Assembly (NCBI GenBank): GCA_965243025.1
Contig: CBDETY010000003.1
Location: 1,376,001-1,440,000, forward strand
Source: Candidatus Latescibacterota bacterium
GTDB lineage: Bacteria; Latescibacterota; UBA2968; UBA8231
Direction of reading: 5' to 3'
DNA: 64,000 nucleotides
A program made the position numbers and the translations under genes. Within the stretch, counting starts at the first letter, position 1. Each line of letters opens with the position of its first letter. Positions 43,150 to 53,796 of the stretch are shown piece by piece. The notes under the pieces were generated by a model, which saw nothing but the letters and a program-made list of their open reading frames with translations, was not told where the DNA came from and ran no database searches.

Positions 43150-43266
43150 ATGAAAGTCAGGGCATCAGTAGGAAAGCGCTGCTCCGAGTGCAGGATCATC
43201 CGCCGCAACGGGACCGTCAGAGTGATTTGCAAGCGCAACCCGCGGCACAAGCAGCGTCAGGGCTGA
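43150..43266 (+). CDS. rpmJ: 50S ribosomal protein L36 (Zn-binding form)
   Basis: [38 protein letters not shown] (manual translation). Confidence 0.96.
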   Translation: MKVRASVGKRCSECRIIRRNGTVRVICKRNPRHKQRQG

Positions 43267-43294
43267 TGGCAGGGACCTTGCAAGGAGAAAGAAC

Positions 43295-43675
43295 ATGGCA
43301 CGCATAGCAGGTGTCGACCTGCCTCGAGAAAAACGCGTACAGGTGGGATTGACTTATATCTACGGGATCGGGAGAACGTCGTCCGACAAAATCCTCTCCG
43401 AGTCGAACGTCGACCCGGATACCCGGATCAACGCCCTCACCGACGAAGAGTTGACGCGGCTGCGGAACATTATCGAGAGCAAGTTCAAGGTCGAAGGAAG
43501 CCTGCGCGGAGAGGTCAACATGAACATCAAGCGCCTGATGGACATCGGGTGCTACCGCGGACTGCGCCATCGGCGCGGTCTGCCTGCCAACGGCCAGCGA
43601 ACGCGCACCAACGCCCGCACCCGCAAGGGGCCGAGACGGGCGATCGCGGGCAAAAAGAAGGCGCCCAGGAAGTAG
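43295..43675 (+). CDS. rpsM: 30S ribosomal protein S13
   Basis: [34 protein letters not shown]. Confidence 0.98.
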   Translation: MARIAGVDLPREKRVQVGLTYIYGIGRTSSDKILSESNVDPDTRINALTDEELTRLRNIIESKFKVEGSLRGEVNMNIKRLMDIGCYRGLRHRRGLPANGQRTRTNARTRKGPRRAIAGKKKAPRK

Positions 43676-43722
43676 GGGGTGCCGTTTGCGGCGACCTCAT
43701 TGTCTCCAATCGGGAATTTCGA

Positions 43723-44115
43723 ATGCCACCTGAAAAAGCCAGACGACGACGCAAGAAGTCGAAAAAGGTCGAAGCCCTGGGCATAGCCCACATTTTTTCA
43801 ACCTTCAACAACACCATCGTCACGCTTACCGATGTCGAGGGCAACGTCATTTCCTGGGCGACCCCCGGGAAAGTGGGAATCCGCGGCAGCCGGAAGTCGA
43901 CTCCCTTCGCCGGCCAGCTGGCCGCGGAGCGGGCAGCCCAGGAGGCGATCAACATGGGCCTGCGCCGGGTCGAGGCCTGGGTAAAGGGCCCGGGAGTCGG
44001 CCGCGATTCGGCGATCCGGGCATTACAGAACGCAGGGTTGGAGGTTTCTGCGATCCGGGACGTCACTCCGATTCCCCACAACGGTTGCCGGCCGCCGAAA
44101 CGGCGCCGGGTGTAA
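43723..44115 (+). CDS. rpsK: 30S ribosomal protein S11
   Basis: [34 protein letters not shown]. Confidence 0.98.
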   Translation: MPPEKARRRRKKSKKVEALGIAHIFSTFNNTIVTLTDVEGNVISWATPGKVGIRGSRKSTPFAGQLAAERAAQEAINMGLRRVEAWVKGPGVGRDSAIRALQNAGLEVSAIRDVTPIPHNGCRPPKRRRV

Positions 44116-44141
44116 GCACCGAGCGAAAGGCTGAACCCAAC

Positions 44142-44768
44142 GTGAGCAGATACACAGGGCCCAATTGCAGATTCTGTCGCCGGGAAGGCACCAAGCTCTT
44201 TCTGAAGGGAGAGCGGTGCACCCTGGAAAAGTGCGCATTCGAACGACGCAGCTACGCGCCGGGGCAGCATGGGCAGGGGATGCGGAGGAAGCAGTCAGAG
44301 TACAGCGTCCAGCTGCGCGCCAAGCAGAAGCTGGCGCGCATGTACGGCGTTCGCGAAGGACAGTTCCGCAGCTACTACCGGGAAGCTACCCGGGTGCCGG
44401 GAGTAAGCGGTGAAAACCTCTTGAGGCTGCTTGAGAGCCGTCTCGACAGCGTGGTCTTCCGCCTCGGATTCGCCCCGTCGCGCAAGGCTGCCAGGCAGCT
44501 GGTCAGGCACAATCACTTCATGGTCAACGGCCGGCGGGTAAACATCCCTTCCTACCTGACCAGGCCGGGTGACGTGATCGATGTCTCGGAGAAAAGCCGG
44601 CAGCTGGAGGTGTTCCACGAATCCCTGCGACGTGCTCGGGAGACGGTTCCATGGCTGTCCGTGGACAAGGCGAACCTGAGCGGGTCAGTGCTAGAACGTC
44701 CGGCGAGAGAGGACATACCCACGCTGGCGGAAGAGCAGCTGGTTATCGAATTCTACTCACGGGTGTAA
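44142..44768 (+). CDS. rpsD: 30S ribosomal protein S4 (Cys-containing form)
   Basis: [41 protein letters not shown] start. Confidence 0.97.
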   Translation: MSRYTGPNCRFCRREGTKLFLKGERCTLEKCAFERRSYAPGQHGQGMRRKQSEYSVQLRAKQKLARMYGVREGQFRSYYREATRVPGVSGENLLRLLESRLDSVVFRLGFAPSRKAARQLVRHNHFMVNGRRVNIPSYLTRPGDVIDVSEKSRQLEVFHESLRRARETVPWLSVDKANLSGSVLERPAREDIPTLAEEQLVIEFYSRV

Positions 44769-44856
44769 GGGGCCAGCGACTTCGGAGCGAACCGCCCGGG
44801 TCGCCGAACAACCCCCATCTCTTTCCAAACCAAACCAAACCGGGGGCAGTAGCCAT

Positions 44857-45870
44857 ATGGCGTTAGATGGTCTTCAGATGCCGCGACTCGTCGAAGTCGA
44901 CAAGGACACGCTTACCGACACCTACGGCTCCTTCACGATGCAGCCGTTGGAGCGCGGATTCGGCGTGACCGTTGGAAACGCGATCAGACGCGTCCTCATT
45001 TCCTCGATTCAGGGAGCCGCCATCAAGTCGGTAAGCGTCGAGGGGGTGCAGCATGAGTTCTCCGTGGTCAAGGGAGTGCGCGAAGACCTTCCGGAAATCG
45101 TGCTGAATCTCAAGGAAGTCGCCATCCGCTATTACGGGGAAGAGGACCGCGTTCTGCAAATCGAAGCTCAGGGGCCGAAGGAATTGGTGGCCGCGGATCT
45201 GATGGTCGATTCCGCGGTCGAGGTATTGAATCCCGATCTCCATATAGCAACCCTCGGCAAGGAGGCCCTCCTGAAACTGGAGCTCGCGGTCGGGCGAGGG
45301 TGCGGTTACGTGTTCGCGGAAGAGAACAAGCTTCCGGAACAGCCGATCGGGACCATTCCGATGGACGCCAACTTCTCACCCGTCCTCAAGGTCAATTACG
45401 ACATCGAGCACGCTCGCGTCGGCCGTCGCACCGATTACGACAAGCTCAATCTGCAGGTATGGACGGATGGTTCCCTGCGGCCGGAAGACGCAATGGCGCA
45501 GGCCGCGAGAATCCTGATCGAGCACCTGAATCTCATCGCCAATTTCCAGACGGAACCCGTGCCCGATCCGGAGCGGGAAGTCGATGACCAGGTCAAGCAT
45601 ATTGCGAAACTTCTCGCCATGCCTGTCGATGACCTCGAACTGTCGGTGCGATCGGCGAACTGTCTCCGGGCGGCGGGGATCACGAATCTTCGAGAACTCG
45701 TTTCCCGCAGCGAAGCTGAAATGCTCAAGTTTCGCAATTTCGGGCGCAAGTCGCTGAACGAACTGGGTGAAATCCTCGACGAAATGAACCTCGGGTGGGG
45801 CATGGACATCTCCCGTTTCGAGGATGTCGAGCTGGAAGAGGAACCGGAAAGAGCCCTTGCGGATGAGTGA
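44857..45870 (+). CDS. rpoA: RNA polymerase alpha subunit
   Basis: PLERGFGVTVGNAIRR, LSVRSANCL, NFGRKSL. Confidence 0.98.
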   Translation: MALDGLQMPRLVEVDKDTLTDTYGSFTMQPLERGFGVTVGNAIRRVLISSIQGAAIKSVSVEGVQHEFSVVKGVREDLPEIVLNLKEVAIRYYGEEDRVLQIEAQGPKELVAADLMVDSAVEVLNPDLHIATLGKEALLKLELAVGRGCGYVFAEENKLPEQPIGTIPMDANFSPVLKVNYDIEHARVGRRTDYDKLNLQVWTDGSLRPEDAMAQAARILIEHLNLIANFQTEPVPDPEREVDDQVKHIAKLLAMPVDDLELSVRSANCLRAAGITNLRELVSRSEAEMLKFRNFGRKSLNELGEILDEMNLGWGMDISRFEDVELEEEPERALADE

Positions 45871-45937
45871 CACAATGAATCCCGAGCCCGATGGTCGAGG
45901 ACCAGCGAAGGGGACTCCGGACCTGAGAGAGTGGTAA

Positions 45938-46357
45938 ATGGTACACAGGAACAAAAAGGCAAAGCTGAACCGCGACCGCAGTCATCTCAAGGCGATGCTC
46001 GGAAACATGGTAACCTCCTTGATCGAACACGAGGCTATCCACACAACCCCGGCGAAAGCGAAGGAACTCAGGCGAACTGCGGAGAGTCTGATCACCTTTG
46101 CCAAAAGGGGTGACCTGCATGCCCGCCGCCAGGTTTTGCGAACCATCGCCAACAAACGCATTGTGGCCAAGCTTTTTGACGAGATCGGTCCCCGGTACTC
46201 CAACCGCAACGGCGGCTACACGCGGATCGTCAAGGGTGGGCCGAGGCGCGGCGATGGTGCGGAGATGTGCATGATCGAACTGGTCGACAGGCCAGGCAGC
46301 GGAGATACGGCTTCCGTTCCAGCCTCGAGTCAGGAAACGGAAAATAAAGAAGAATAG
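45938..46357 (+). CDS. rplQ: 50S ribosomal protein L17
   Basis: [22 protein letters not shown]. Confidence 0.97.
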   Translation: MVHRNKKAKLNRDRSHLKAMLGNMVTSLIEHEAIHTTPAKAKELRRTAESLITFAKRGDLHARRQVLRTIANKRIVAKLFDEIGPRYSNRNGGYTRIVKGGPRRGDGAEMCMIELVDRPGSGDTASVPASSQETENKEE

Positions 46358-46512
46358 GGGGGCGGCCCCGGGTCGGAACACCGGCCGGGAGTGGCCGCTC
46401 CAGAAACCGGAACGCGAGGCGCGCTTCTGATGGTGAAACCGGCATCATCTTGTGCGCCTCGCTTTTCGTTGTACCACCGCCTCACCATTCATCCAGCTAC
46501 CAGAACCCGCAA

Positions 46513-47877
46513 GTGCCAAGACCAAAGCCCGGCGATCGGATCGAGCTCGATATTCGCGACTTGACGGCCCAGGGGGACGGCAGGGCATGGAGCGGCGATT
46601 CGGAGTTCATCGTCCGCCGAACCTTTCCCGGAGACCGGGTGGAAGCCACTGTGCGCCGGAGGAAGGGGAGAACCTGCGAGGCGGACCCGAACCGGATAAC
46701 CGACGCCGGAATCCCCCGGGTAGCTCCTGAATGCCCTCACTTCGGAGTGTGCGGCGGGTGCCGCTGGCAGGATCTCGGTTACGTTGACCAGTTGCGACTG
46801 AAGGAACGGATGGTGGCAAAGGCACTGGAGCAACAGGGTCTTTTCTGCGACCGACAAAGACCGATTATTGGAAGCGGCGCCCCGTTTTTCTACCGCAACA
46901 AGATGGAGTTCTCATTCGGCAGGGATTGCGGAGGCGGCACGCTGTTGGGATTGCATCACCGCGGCCGCTACAACCGGGTTTTCGATGTGCGCGACTGCCG
47001 TTTACAGTCGCAGCTGTCGAACCGGATCGTCGATACCGTGCGCAGCTGCGCCTCCGCCGGGGAGCTTCCCCCGTACGACCTCAAGACCCACGAAGGAATA
47101 CTGCGCTTCCTGGCGGTGCGGGAAGGCAGGAATACCGGTGAAGTGATGGCGAACCTCGTGGTCTCCGAGTACCCCCACAAGGGAGTCGAAGATCTGGTTC
47201 GCTGCGTACTCGAAAGGATTCCGGAGATAACGACTTTCGTCGTAACTCTGCACCGGGGAAAAGCCCAGGCCGCCATCGGTGAGCGGGAGTTCGTCCTCAA
47301 GGGAAGCGGCATGATCTCGGAGATCTGCGGAGGTATCGAATTCGACATTTCCGCAGCTTCCTTCTTCCAGACAAACACCGATCAGGCCGAGGTTCTCAAC
47401 GAGCAGATCGCCGCGCTGGCGGGTAATCTGACGGGCGCCTCCGTTCTCGATCTCTACTGTGGAACAGGGGGAATCAGCCTCCACCTGGCGAAACGTGCCG
47501 ACAGGGTGATTGGAGTCGAGCAGGTCGAGGAGGCCGTTGCCGACGCCCGCAGAAACGCGGAAAAGAACGGAACCGGGAACTGCACTTTCGTGACCGGCCG
47601 GGTCGAGGAGGAAATTGAGGCGCTGATAGAGGAGAACAGGCAGTTCGATCTTGTGATCGCCGATCCGCCCCGCGCGGGAATCCACAAGTCGGTGCTGAAG
47701 GCCCTGATCGGACTTGGAGCACCCTCTCTCATCTACGTCTCCTGCAACCCCACGTCCATGGCCGCGGACGCAGGGGTTCTCTGCGAAGGCGGATTCCGGC
47801 TGCGATCCCTGCAGCCGATCGACCTTTTTCCCCAGACCCCTCATTGCGAGGCAATCGCTCACCTGACCGTCTCCTGA
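46513..47877 (+). CDS. rlmD: 23S rRNA (uracil-C5)-methyltransferase RlmD/TrmA family
   Basis: TRAM domain, CPHFGVCGGC Fe-S motif, YRNKMEF, FFQTN, DLYCGTG, DPPRAG, YVSCNP, DLFPQTPH. Start approximate. Confidence 0.9.
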   Translation: MPRPKPGDRIELDIRDLTAQGDGRAWSGDSEFIVRRTFPGDRVEATVRRRKGRTCEADPNRITDAGIPRVAPECPHFGVCGGCRWQDLGYVDQLRLKERMVAKALEQQGLFCDRQRPIIGSGAPFFYRNKMEFSFGRDCGGGTLLGLHHRGRYNRVFDVRDCRLQSQLSNRIVDTVRSCASAGELPPYDLKTHEGILRFLAVREGRNTGEVMANLVVSEYPHKGVEDLVRCVLERIPEITTFVVTLHRGKAQAAIGEREFVLKGSGMISEICGGIEFDISAASFFQTNTDQAEVLNEQIAALAGNLTGASVLDLYCGTGGISLHLAKRADRVIGVEQVEEAVADARRNAEKNGTGNCTFVTGRVEEEIEALIEENRQFDLVIADPPRAGIHKSVLKALIGLGAPSLIYVSCNPTSMAADAGVLCEGGFRLRSLQPIDLFPQTPHCEAIAHLTVS

Positions 47878-48014
47878 TCGGGAAACCGTGGTGGGAGGGA
47901 ACGTTTTCTCCCGGGGGTTTGCCTGTCATACCGTCAGACGCAGGCGATCGGGTCGAGGCACCGAAAAGGAGAGAAGGAGCATGCCGGGAAGAAGCTCAGG
48001 CACCCCTTCTTGAA

Positions 48015-49502
48015 ATGGGAATCGATCATAACATCCCCCATCCTCACGGGTCGGCGGGGACGGCGCGTGTCCTCGTCGTCCTGGCGGAAACCGATGAAAC
48101 CAGGCATCTGGTCGCTTTTCTGAACGAGGAGGGGTACGAGGTGCTTTGGGCTCGCGAGAGTCAGTCGGCCTACGACATCCTCGACAGGGAGCGGGTCGAC
48201 GGACTGATCTGCGATCTCCAGGCGGAGCGGGTCGATGGCCTGCGGCTTGTTAAAGTATCCCTGCAGCGCAACGCCGAGATCTGTTCGATTGCGGTCGCCA
48301 GCACGACACTCGAGGGGATCGAACTCGGAACAGAAGCCATGCGGCAGGGAGCCTATGATTTCCAGGTGCGCCCCCTCATACTCGCCAAGATCAACGCTGT
48401 TCTGCGGCGGGGTCTCTCGCACCAGCGCCTGGTCGACGAGGTTTACGACCTCCATCGCCGTCTCGACAGGCGCTACCGGTTCGGGGGGGTGATGCGCCGC
48501 TCTTCGGCCTGGCAGCGGATATACAGCCAGATCGAGCAGGTCGCCCCGTCGAAAGCCACCGTGCTTCTGCTCGGAGAGACTGGAACCGGCAAGGGGGAGC
48601 TGGCGAAAGCCATCCATCAGCACAGCAATCGCCGCGACAACCCCTTCGTCGAAACCAACTGCGGCGCCCTTCCCGAAGCGATTGTCGAGAGCGAGCTGTT
48701 CGGCCACGAGAGGGGAGCATTCACTGGCGCTTCCGCCTCCCGCAAGGGTCGTTTCGAGCTTGCCGACGGGGGCACCCTCTTTCTCGACGAAGTCGGGGAC
48801 TTGACGATGCCGACCCAGGTCAAGCTTCTCCGTGTCGTTCAGGGTTCGGAGTTCGAGCGGGTCGGAGGCGTGGAGACCCGAAAGGTGGACGTTCGCCTCG
48901 TTGCCGCAACCAACCGCGACCTGGAAGCGATGGTTTCCGAAGGAGAGTACCGGGCGGATCTGTTCTACAGACTGAACGTTGTCAGCATCGAGGTGCCGCC
49001 GATACGACAGAGCCGCGAGGACATTCCCATCCTCATCGACCAGTTCATCCGCGAATTCGCGGAGGAGAACCGGCAAAAGACGGTGGGTATGACTCCGGCG
49101 GCCGTCGACTGCCTGGCGCAGTACGACTGGCCAGGCAACGTAAGGGAGCTGAAAAACTGCATTGAGGGGATGCTCGTCATGCGAACATCCGACAACAGGC
49201 TCGACGTCAAGGACGTCCCCGACCACATAAGGAACCCGGGGGGACGGCCGGCTGTATTCATCAAAGCCGGGATGACGATGAGGGAAATCGAAAAGCAGGC
49301 GATCGCCGACACCCTGGAAGCAGTCGGCTACGATCGGCGCCAGGCCGCCGCAGTGCTCGGGATCGGCCTCAGTACGCTGTACAGGAAAGAGAAGGAATAC
49401 GGACTGAAAGGCAGTGGGAAGTCAGGCCGTGGAACCCATGAGAAGGGCTCCGGAACACCTCCCGGCAAGTCCGTCAGACTGCTGACCCGGAAGCGGTCGT
49501 AG
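48015..49502 (+). CDS. Sigma-54-dependent transcriptional activator (receiver-AAA+-Fis HTH, NtrC family)
   Basis: GETGTGK, ELFGHERGAFTGA, LFLDEV, DLFYRL, WPGNVREL, HTH LGIGLSTLYRK. Start approximate. Confidence 0.92.
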   Translation: MGIDHNIPHPHGSAGTARVLVVLAETDETRHLVAFLNEEGYEVLWARESQSAYDILDRERVDGLICDLQAERVDGLRLVKVSLQRNAEICSIAVASTTLEGIELGTEAMRQGAYDFQVRPLILAKINAVLRRGLSHQRLVDEVYDLHRRLDRRYRFGGVMRRSSAWQRIYSQIEQVAPSKATVLLLGETGTGKGELAKAIHQHSNRRDNPFVETNCGALPEAIVESELFGHERGAFTGASASRKGRFELADGGTLFLDEVGDLTMPTQVKLLRVVQGSEFERVGGVETRKVDVRLVAATNRDLEAMVSEGEYRADLFYRLNVVSIEVPPIRQSREDIPILIDQFIREFAEENRQKTVGMTPAAVDCLAQYDWPGNVRELKNCIEGMLVMRTSDNRLDVKDVPDHIRNPGGRPAVFIKAGMTMREIEKQAIADTLEAVGYDRRQAAAVLGIGLSTLYRKEKEYGLKGSGKSGRGTHEKGSGTPPGKSVRLLTRKRS

Positions 49503-49526
49503 CCGAAAGAACTACCGTTTTCGGTT

Positions 49527-51056
49527 TCAGGGGTTTTCGGTTTCCCCGGGATTGTACAGATCCTTGATAAGCTGGTTCAGGACCTCCTGGGGACGCGTGA
49601 GAACCTCCGGGGTGATTTCGAACTGCTCCAATTCGAGAAGCTTGAGGCCGTGTCCGTAATCCGAAAGGATTCCGGCGCAAACCTCCCCCGGCAACCGGCC
49701 CTGGGCTCTCGCCATTTCCTTAACCGCCTCGACGGCCTTCCCGGAGAAGCTCAGGCGAATTCCATATTCGCGCGAGAATTTCGCCGAGAAGCTGTGCAGG
49801 CTGGTATCGACGAGCATGGACTTCAATTCACCCTCCGGATCGAGGACCGTGCGCTCGGTCACGGTGAACGACTCGGTGTCCGTCGACGGCAGCCGGGTTT
49901 CGAAGCGAAGCAGGGTTTTCTCGACCACGCTGACCAGCCCGCGGGCTCCGATCTGCTCTTGGAATGCCATTTCCGCAAGTTTCTGCAAGGCCTCGTCGGA
50001 GAAATCCAGAGCGATCCCGTAGGCCCTGAAATCCCGCTTCTTCGACAGGACGACGCTGCTGTTCTCCCCTCTGAGGATTTCGAGCAGGTCCTCGCGGCCC
50101 AGGGAATGGAGCACCGCGACCACCGGAAGGCGTCCGATGAACTCCGATTCGAACCCGAAATCGATCAGGTCTTCCGCCCGGACCTCGTTCAACAGTTCAC
50201 CGTCGGCAACAGCGTCCTCTGGCGGCGCCCGCGGATCGCGGAGTCGGAAGCCCATAGCGCCGCGATTCAGGCGTCGCGCAATGATTTCCTGGAGTTCACC
50301 GAAAGCTCCGCTGACGACGAAAAGGATGTTTCGGGTGTTGATTTTCTTGCGCTCCGCCTTTCCGGTTTTCTGGATCTGAATCACCGATTCCATCTGCGAG
50401 GAGATGTCGTGCGGAGCCTTGAGATCGACCTCCGTCTCCTCCATCAGCTTCAGGAGGTTGCGCTGAACTCCGGAACCGGAAACATCGGGCCCGGCGGTCG
50501 TCCTGGTCGAGGCGATCTTGTCGATTTCGTCGATGTAGATGATTCCGTGTTCAGCGAGCTCGATGTCCCCCTCGGCTTCGGAAACGAGCTCTCGCACCAG
50601 GTCTTCGACGTCGCCTCCCACGTACCCGGTTTCGGAAAACTTCGTGGCATCCGCCTTGACGAAGGGGACGCCCAGACGGCGGGCGATCAGCTTGACGAGA
50701 AAGGTCTTGCCCACACCGGTCGGGCCGATCATCAGGACGTTGTTCTTTATCGATCCCACGAACAGGTCTTCGTCATCGGCGGGGAGATTCAGACGGTTGA
50801 AGTGGGTGCAGATCTTGGTGGCGAGGATCGCCTTGGCTTCCTCCTGCCGGACTACGTATTCGTCGAGGTGGGAAATCAGTTCCTCCGGCTTCAGGCTGAA
50901 GTTCAGTTTTTCCCCCGGTGGGGCAGCAGGTTCTCCATCCCCGGTGCCAGCGGTCTCCGAATGGGGAGCTGCCTCCGCCTCCGTATGGTATTGCTGGGAC
51001 AGGAATTCCCGCAGCTTTTCCGGGTCCATGCCCGGCTTTTCCATGCTGACATCCAT
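49527..51056 (-). CDS. ClpX-like AAA+ ATPase lacking the N-terminal zinc-binding domain
   Basis: GPTGVGKT, DATKFSETGYVG, YIDEIDKI, DVSGSGVQ, EFIGRLP, GARGL. Confidence 0.85.
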   Translation of the reverse strand: MDVSMEKPGMDPEKLREFLSQQYHTEAEAAPHSETAGTGDGEPAAPPGEKLNFSLKPEELISHLDEYVVRQEEAKAILATKICTHFNRLNLPADDEDLFVGSIKNNVLMIGPTGVGKTFLVKLIARRLGVPFVKADATKFSETGYVGGDVEDLVRELVSEAEGDIELAEHGIIYIDEIDKIASTRTTAGPDVSGSGVQRNLLKLMEETEVDLKAPHDISSQMESVIQIQKTGKAERKKINTRNILFVVSGAFGELQEIIARRLNRGAMGFRLRDPRAPPEDAVADGELLNEVRAEDLIDFGFESEFIGRLPVVAVLHSLGREDLLEILRGENSSVVLSKKRDFRAYGIALDFSDEALQKLAEMAFQEQIGARGLVSVVEKTLLRFETRLPSTDTESFTVTERTVLDPEGELKSMLVDTSLHSFSAKFSREYGIRLSFSGKAVEAVKEMARAQGRLPGEVCAGILSDYGHGLKLLELEQFEITPEVLTRPQEVLNQLIKDLYNPGETENP

Positions 51057-51125
51057 GACTGACCCCCTGAAATCGGCAACCTGACAGGAATGGAATATAC
51101 CGGAGCCGGACGGGGGCGACAACGA

Positions 51126-51154
51126 TTGACAGTGGGGGTGTCCGCCCATAAATT
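51126..51154 (+). promoter_or_regulatory. sigma70-type promoter
   Basis: TTGACA-N17-TAAATT upstream of ATG 51171. Confidence 0.65.
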
Positions 51155-51170
51155 ACGCTCTCACATACAC

Positions 51171-53276
51171 ATGTGGCGTTTCTTTTCCAGGTGGAACAGG
51201 CCCTTCCGGGGGGCGCGGGTTCTCGGGGAGGGCCTTTTTACGACGGCTCTACTGTCCATTGGGGCACTCCCTTCCGTTTCGAGCCCCGCCCCGGCGCAAC
51301 CGCTTCCGCAACAGTCATACTCCCCCGAGGCCGACAGTAAGTTCGCGCGCGGCGTATCGGCCTACGCCGAAGGGAACTACGGTGAAGCGCTGCGCGCGCT
51401 CGAGGAGGTCAGCGCCCTGCCGTCGAATCAGCGCACCTCCGCGGCGTTGCTGCTGGCCAGCTGGGCTCTGGTGCGCCTGGACCGGTTCAGGGAAGCCCTG
51501 GAAGCCGCCCGCCGGATAGAAATCGACTATCCCGGCAGTCGCTACACTGCGGATGCCCGCCTCGTGGCGGGGGACTGTTATTTCCAACTGGAGCGTTACC
51601 GGGAAGCCGCTGCGGAGTACGCCGGTCTTCTTGCAGCTCCCGGGCCGTTGTCCCTCCAGGCGAGCGCCGCTGAAAGGCTTGCGGGTATCGTTCGAAACCG
51701 GGCGGTATCCACAGAGGAGCGGGAGCGAATCCGCCGGCAGCTCGGCGCCGGGCGTTTCCGCGACGCCTTGCTGTTCGGCGAAGCCCGGTGGTATTCCCGC
51801 CTGGGGTGGAAGGAACGCAGCCACGCGGCTCTGGCAACCTACCTCGACAGCGTCGAGAACGGTCTGTTCGCCGCCCTCGCTCGCAGGACGCTGGGCGGCG
51901 ACCAGGAAGTCCGCGAGGGGAACGGGGAATTCGGGACCGGCGGATTCCCTTCCACATCGGGGGTCGCAACCGGGTCGGGGGCGGGCCCGGACGGACGTCC
52001 GGCGATAGGCATCCCCATGCCTTTGAGCGGGTCGCGAAGCTACGCGGGTGAAGAGCTCCTCGCTGGAATTCAGATGGCGAACGACCGGATGGGAAAGCCC
52101 TTCGAGCTCCGGGTCGTCGACACCGGCCAGCGCCGGCTTGTGGGAGGACGCGGCTCCTCCGCTTCAATTCCACAAGGGGATGGAAGCAGCCTGCTGCGGA
52201 CGGTGTCGGCTGTGGAGTCGTTGGCCGGGGACCGGAATGTCGTCGCCATTATCGGCCCGGTTTTCAGTCCCGCCTGCGTAGCGGCTTCTGTCGTGGCGGA
52301 AGCGGCTGGCATCCCCCTGATCGCCCCGCTGGCCCAGCAGAGCGGTCTCGACACGCTCGGGCGCCACATTTTCCAGCTGAACGTGGTTCCCGAAGTCCAG
52401 GGACGCGCCCTGGCGGAGTACGCCACCCTCGTCCTCGGGCTTGGCAATCTCGCGGTTCTCGCCCCGCTGACCGAATATGGATGGAATTTCCACCGCGCCT
52501 TTGTCAAACTGGCGGAAAGCAATGGTGGAGATGTCGTACACAGCGACTGGTACGTCCCGGAGGAGACCACCGACTTCAAGGACCAGTTCGAGTCCCTCAG
52601 ACAGGCCGGGTTCCGGCTGATGCCGTCCCCGGATCCGGTCGATACCATGGCCGTGCTCGACTCGCTGTCGCTGGCCCTTCTCGATACCACCGATACCGGG
52701 GAGGGGACCTTCTACGAGCTCCTGGAAGCCCCCGTCGAGACGATCGAAGAACCCCCGGATTCGACGGAGATATTCATCGATACCATCGACGGCATCGCGG
52801 TAGTGGTGGAGAGCTTCGACGACGCCCGCACCATCGCAGCGCAGCTGCGCTTCTTTCGGTTGGAGGGCAAAGTGCTGGGGAACGATATCTGGTATCGCCC
52901 GGAGGAAATCCGTCAGATGGGCCGGATCGAGAGGAAATACGTCGAAGGGGGGGTTCTCGTTTCCGGACGATTCGGAGCGGCTTCGACCCGGGCCTTTACG
53001 GATGAATTCCGCACCCGGTTCCGCCGTGACCCCGGGCTCGCGGTCCATGGGTACGACGCCGCCGCGATGCTGATCAGAGGATGGGAGGAAGGGCACCAGA
53101 CGCGGGCGGATCTTCGGGAATGGTTGGCGCAGATGAGGGGCTACGAGGGGGCGGCCGGCCGCGTCAGTTTCCCGGATGGGCGGCGTGTCAATACCGAGCT
53201 GACCTTGCTGATGATCGATCCCCGCGGGCGGGTGAGGGCATTCGGCGACCGGGACCTTCCGGGATTTTCTCCATGA
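51171..53276 (+). CDS. Exported TPR plus periplasmic-binding type-1 protein (LpoA/penicillin-binding-protein-activator-like)
   Basis: Signal-like N-terminus; TPR/BamD-like helices (YPGSRY); PBP1 fold motifs IGIPMPLSG, AIIGPV, HGYDAA, GAAGRVSF. Confidence 0.7.
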   Translation: MWRFFSRWNRPFRGARVLGEGLFTTALLSIGALPSVSSPAPAQPLPQQSYSPEADSKFARGVSAYAEGNYGEALRALEEVSALPSNQRTSAALLLASWALVRLDRFREALEAARRIEIDYPGSRYTADARLVAGDCYFQLERYREAAAEYAGLLAAPGPLSLQASAAERLAGIVRNRAVSTEERERIRRQLGAGRFRDALLFGEARWYSRLGWKERSHAALATYLDSVENGLFAALARRTLGGDQEVREGNGEFGTGGFPSTSGVATGSGAGPDGRPAIGIPMPLSGSRSYAGEELLAGIQMANDRMGKPFELRVVDTGQRRLVGGRGSSASIPQGDGSSLLRTVSAVESLAGDRNVVAIIGPVFSPACVAASVVAEAAGIPLIAPLAQQSGLDTLGRHIFQLNVVPEVQGRALAEYATLVLGLGNLAVLAPLTEYGWNFHRAFVKLAESNGGDVVHSDWYVPEETTDFKDQFESLRQAGFRLMPSPDPVDTMAVLDSLSLALLDTTDTGEGTFYELLEAPVETIEEPPDSTEIFIDTIDGIAVVVESFDDARTIAAQLRFFRLEGKVLGNDIWYRPEEIRQMGRIERKYVEGGVLVSGRFGAASTRAFTDEFRTRFRRDPGLAVHGYDAAAMLIRGWEEGHQTRADLREWLAQMRGYEGAAGRVSFPDGRRVNTELTLLMIDPRGRVRAFGDRDLPGFSP

Positions 53277-53469
53277 AGCATTCCCGCATCAGGCCGATTC
53301 CCGCTCCAGCCCGGCCTCCTTCAGGTGCAGAGAACCTAAGGGCATATCCAGCCTGATCTTGCGCGCTTTCGCACCGGGGCTATATTTGGAAATTTTTGAA
53401 AAATCACCCCTCCAAACCCCCGGACTGACCGAACCGACTGTTTTGCCCGGCCCGTTCCGCCAATAAGCG

Positions 53470-53796
53470 ATGCCGACATACGAGTACGAATGTCCCAGAT
53501 GCGGTACGACCTTTGAAGAGTTTCAAAGTATAACGGCCGACCCTCTGACCGAATGCCCGCAGAAGGACTGTGGGGGCAAGGTCAAGCGCCTGATCGGGGC
53601 CGGCGGGGGACTCCTGTTCAAGGGGTCCGGATTTTACATAACCGACTACAGAAGCGACGGGTACAAACAGGCGGAGAAAGCGGCGAAGGAGTCGGCTCCG
53701 TCCTCCGGCAAGTCCGATAAATCCGACAACAAAGCGGCAAGTTCCGGAAACGGCGACGGCGGGGGCGGAAAGAAAAAGGCCTCCAGTAAAGATTGA
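53470..53796 (+). CDS. FmdB family zinc-ribbon protein
   Basis: MPTYEYECPRCG..FE..Q, CP..C, FKGSGFYITDY, low-complexity tail. Confidence 0.9.
   Translation: MPTYEYECPRCGTTFEEFQSITADPLTECPQKDCGGKVKRLIGAGGGLLFKGSGFYITDYRSDGYKQAEKAAKESAPSSGKSDKSDNKAASSGNGDGGGGKKKASSKD

Noticed and set aside
44825-44842. CCAAA x3 micro-repeat before rpoA
   Set aside because: Too short to support a function.
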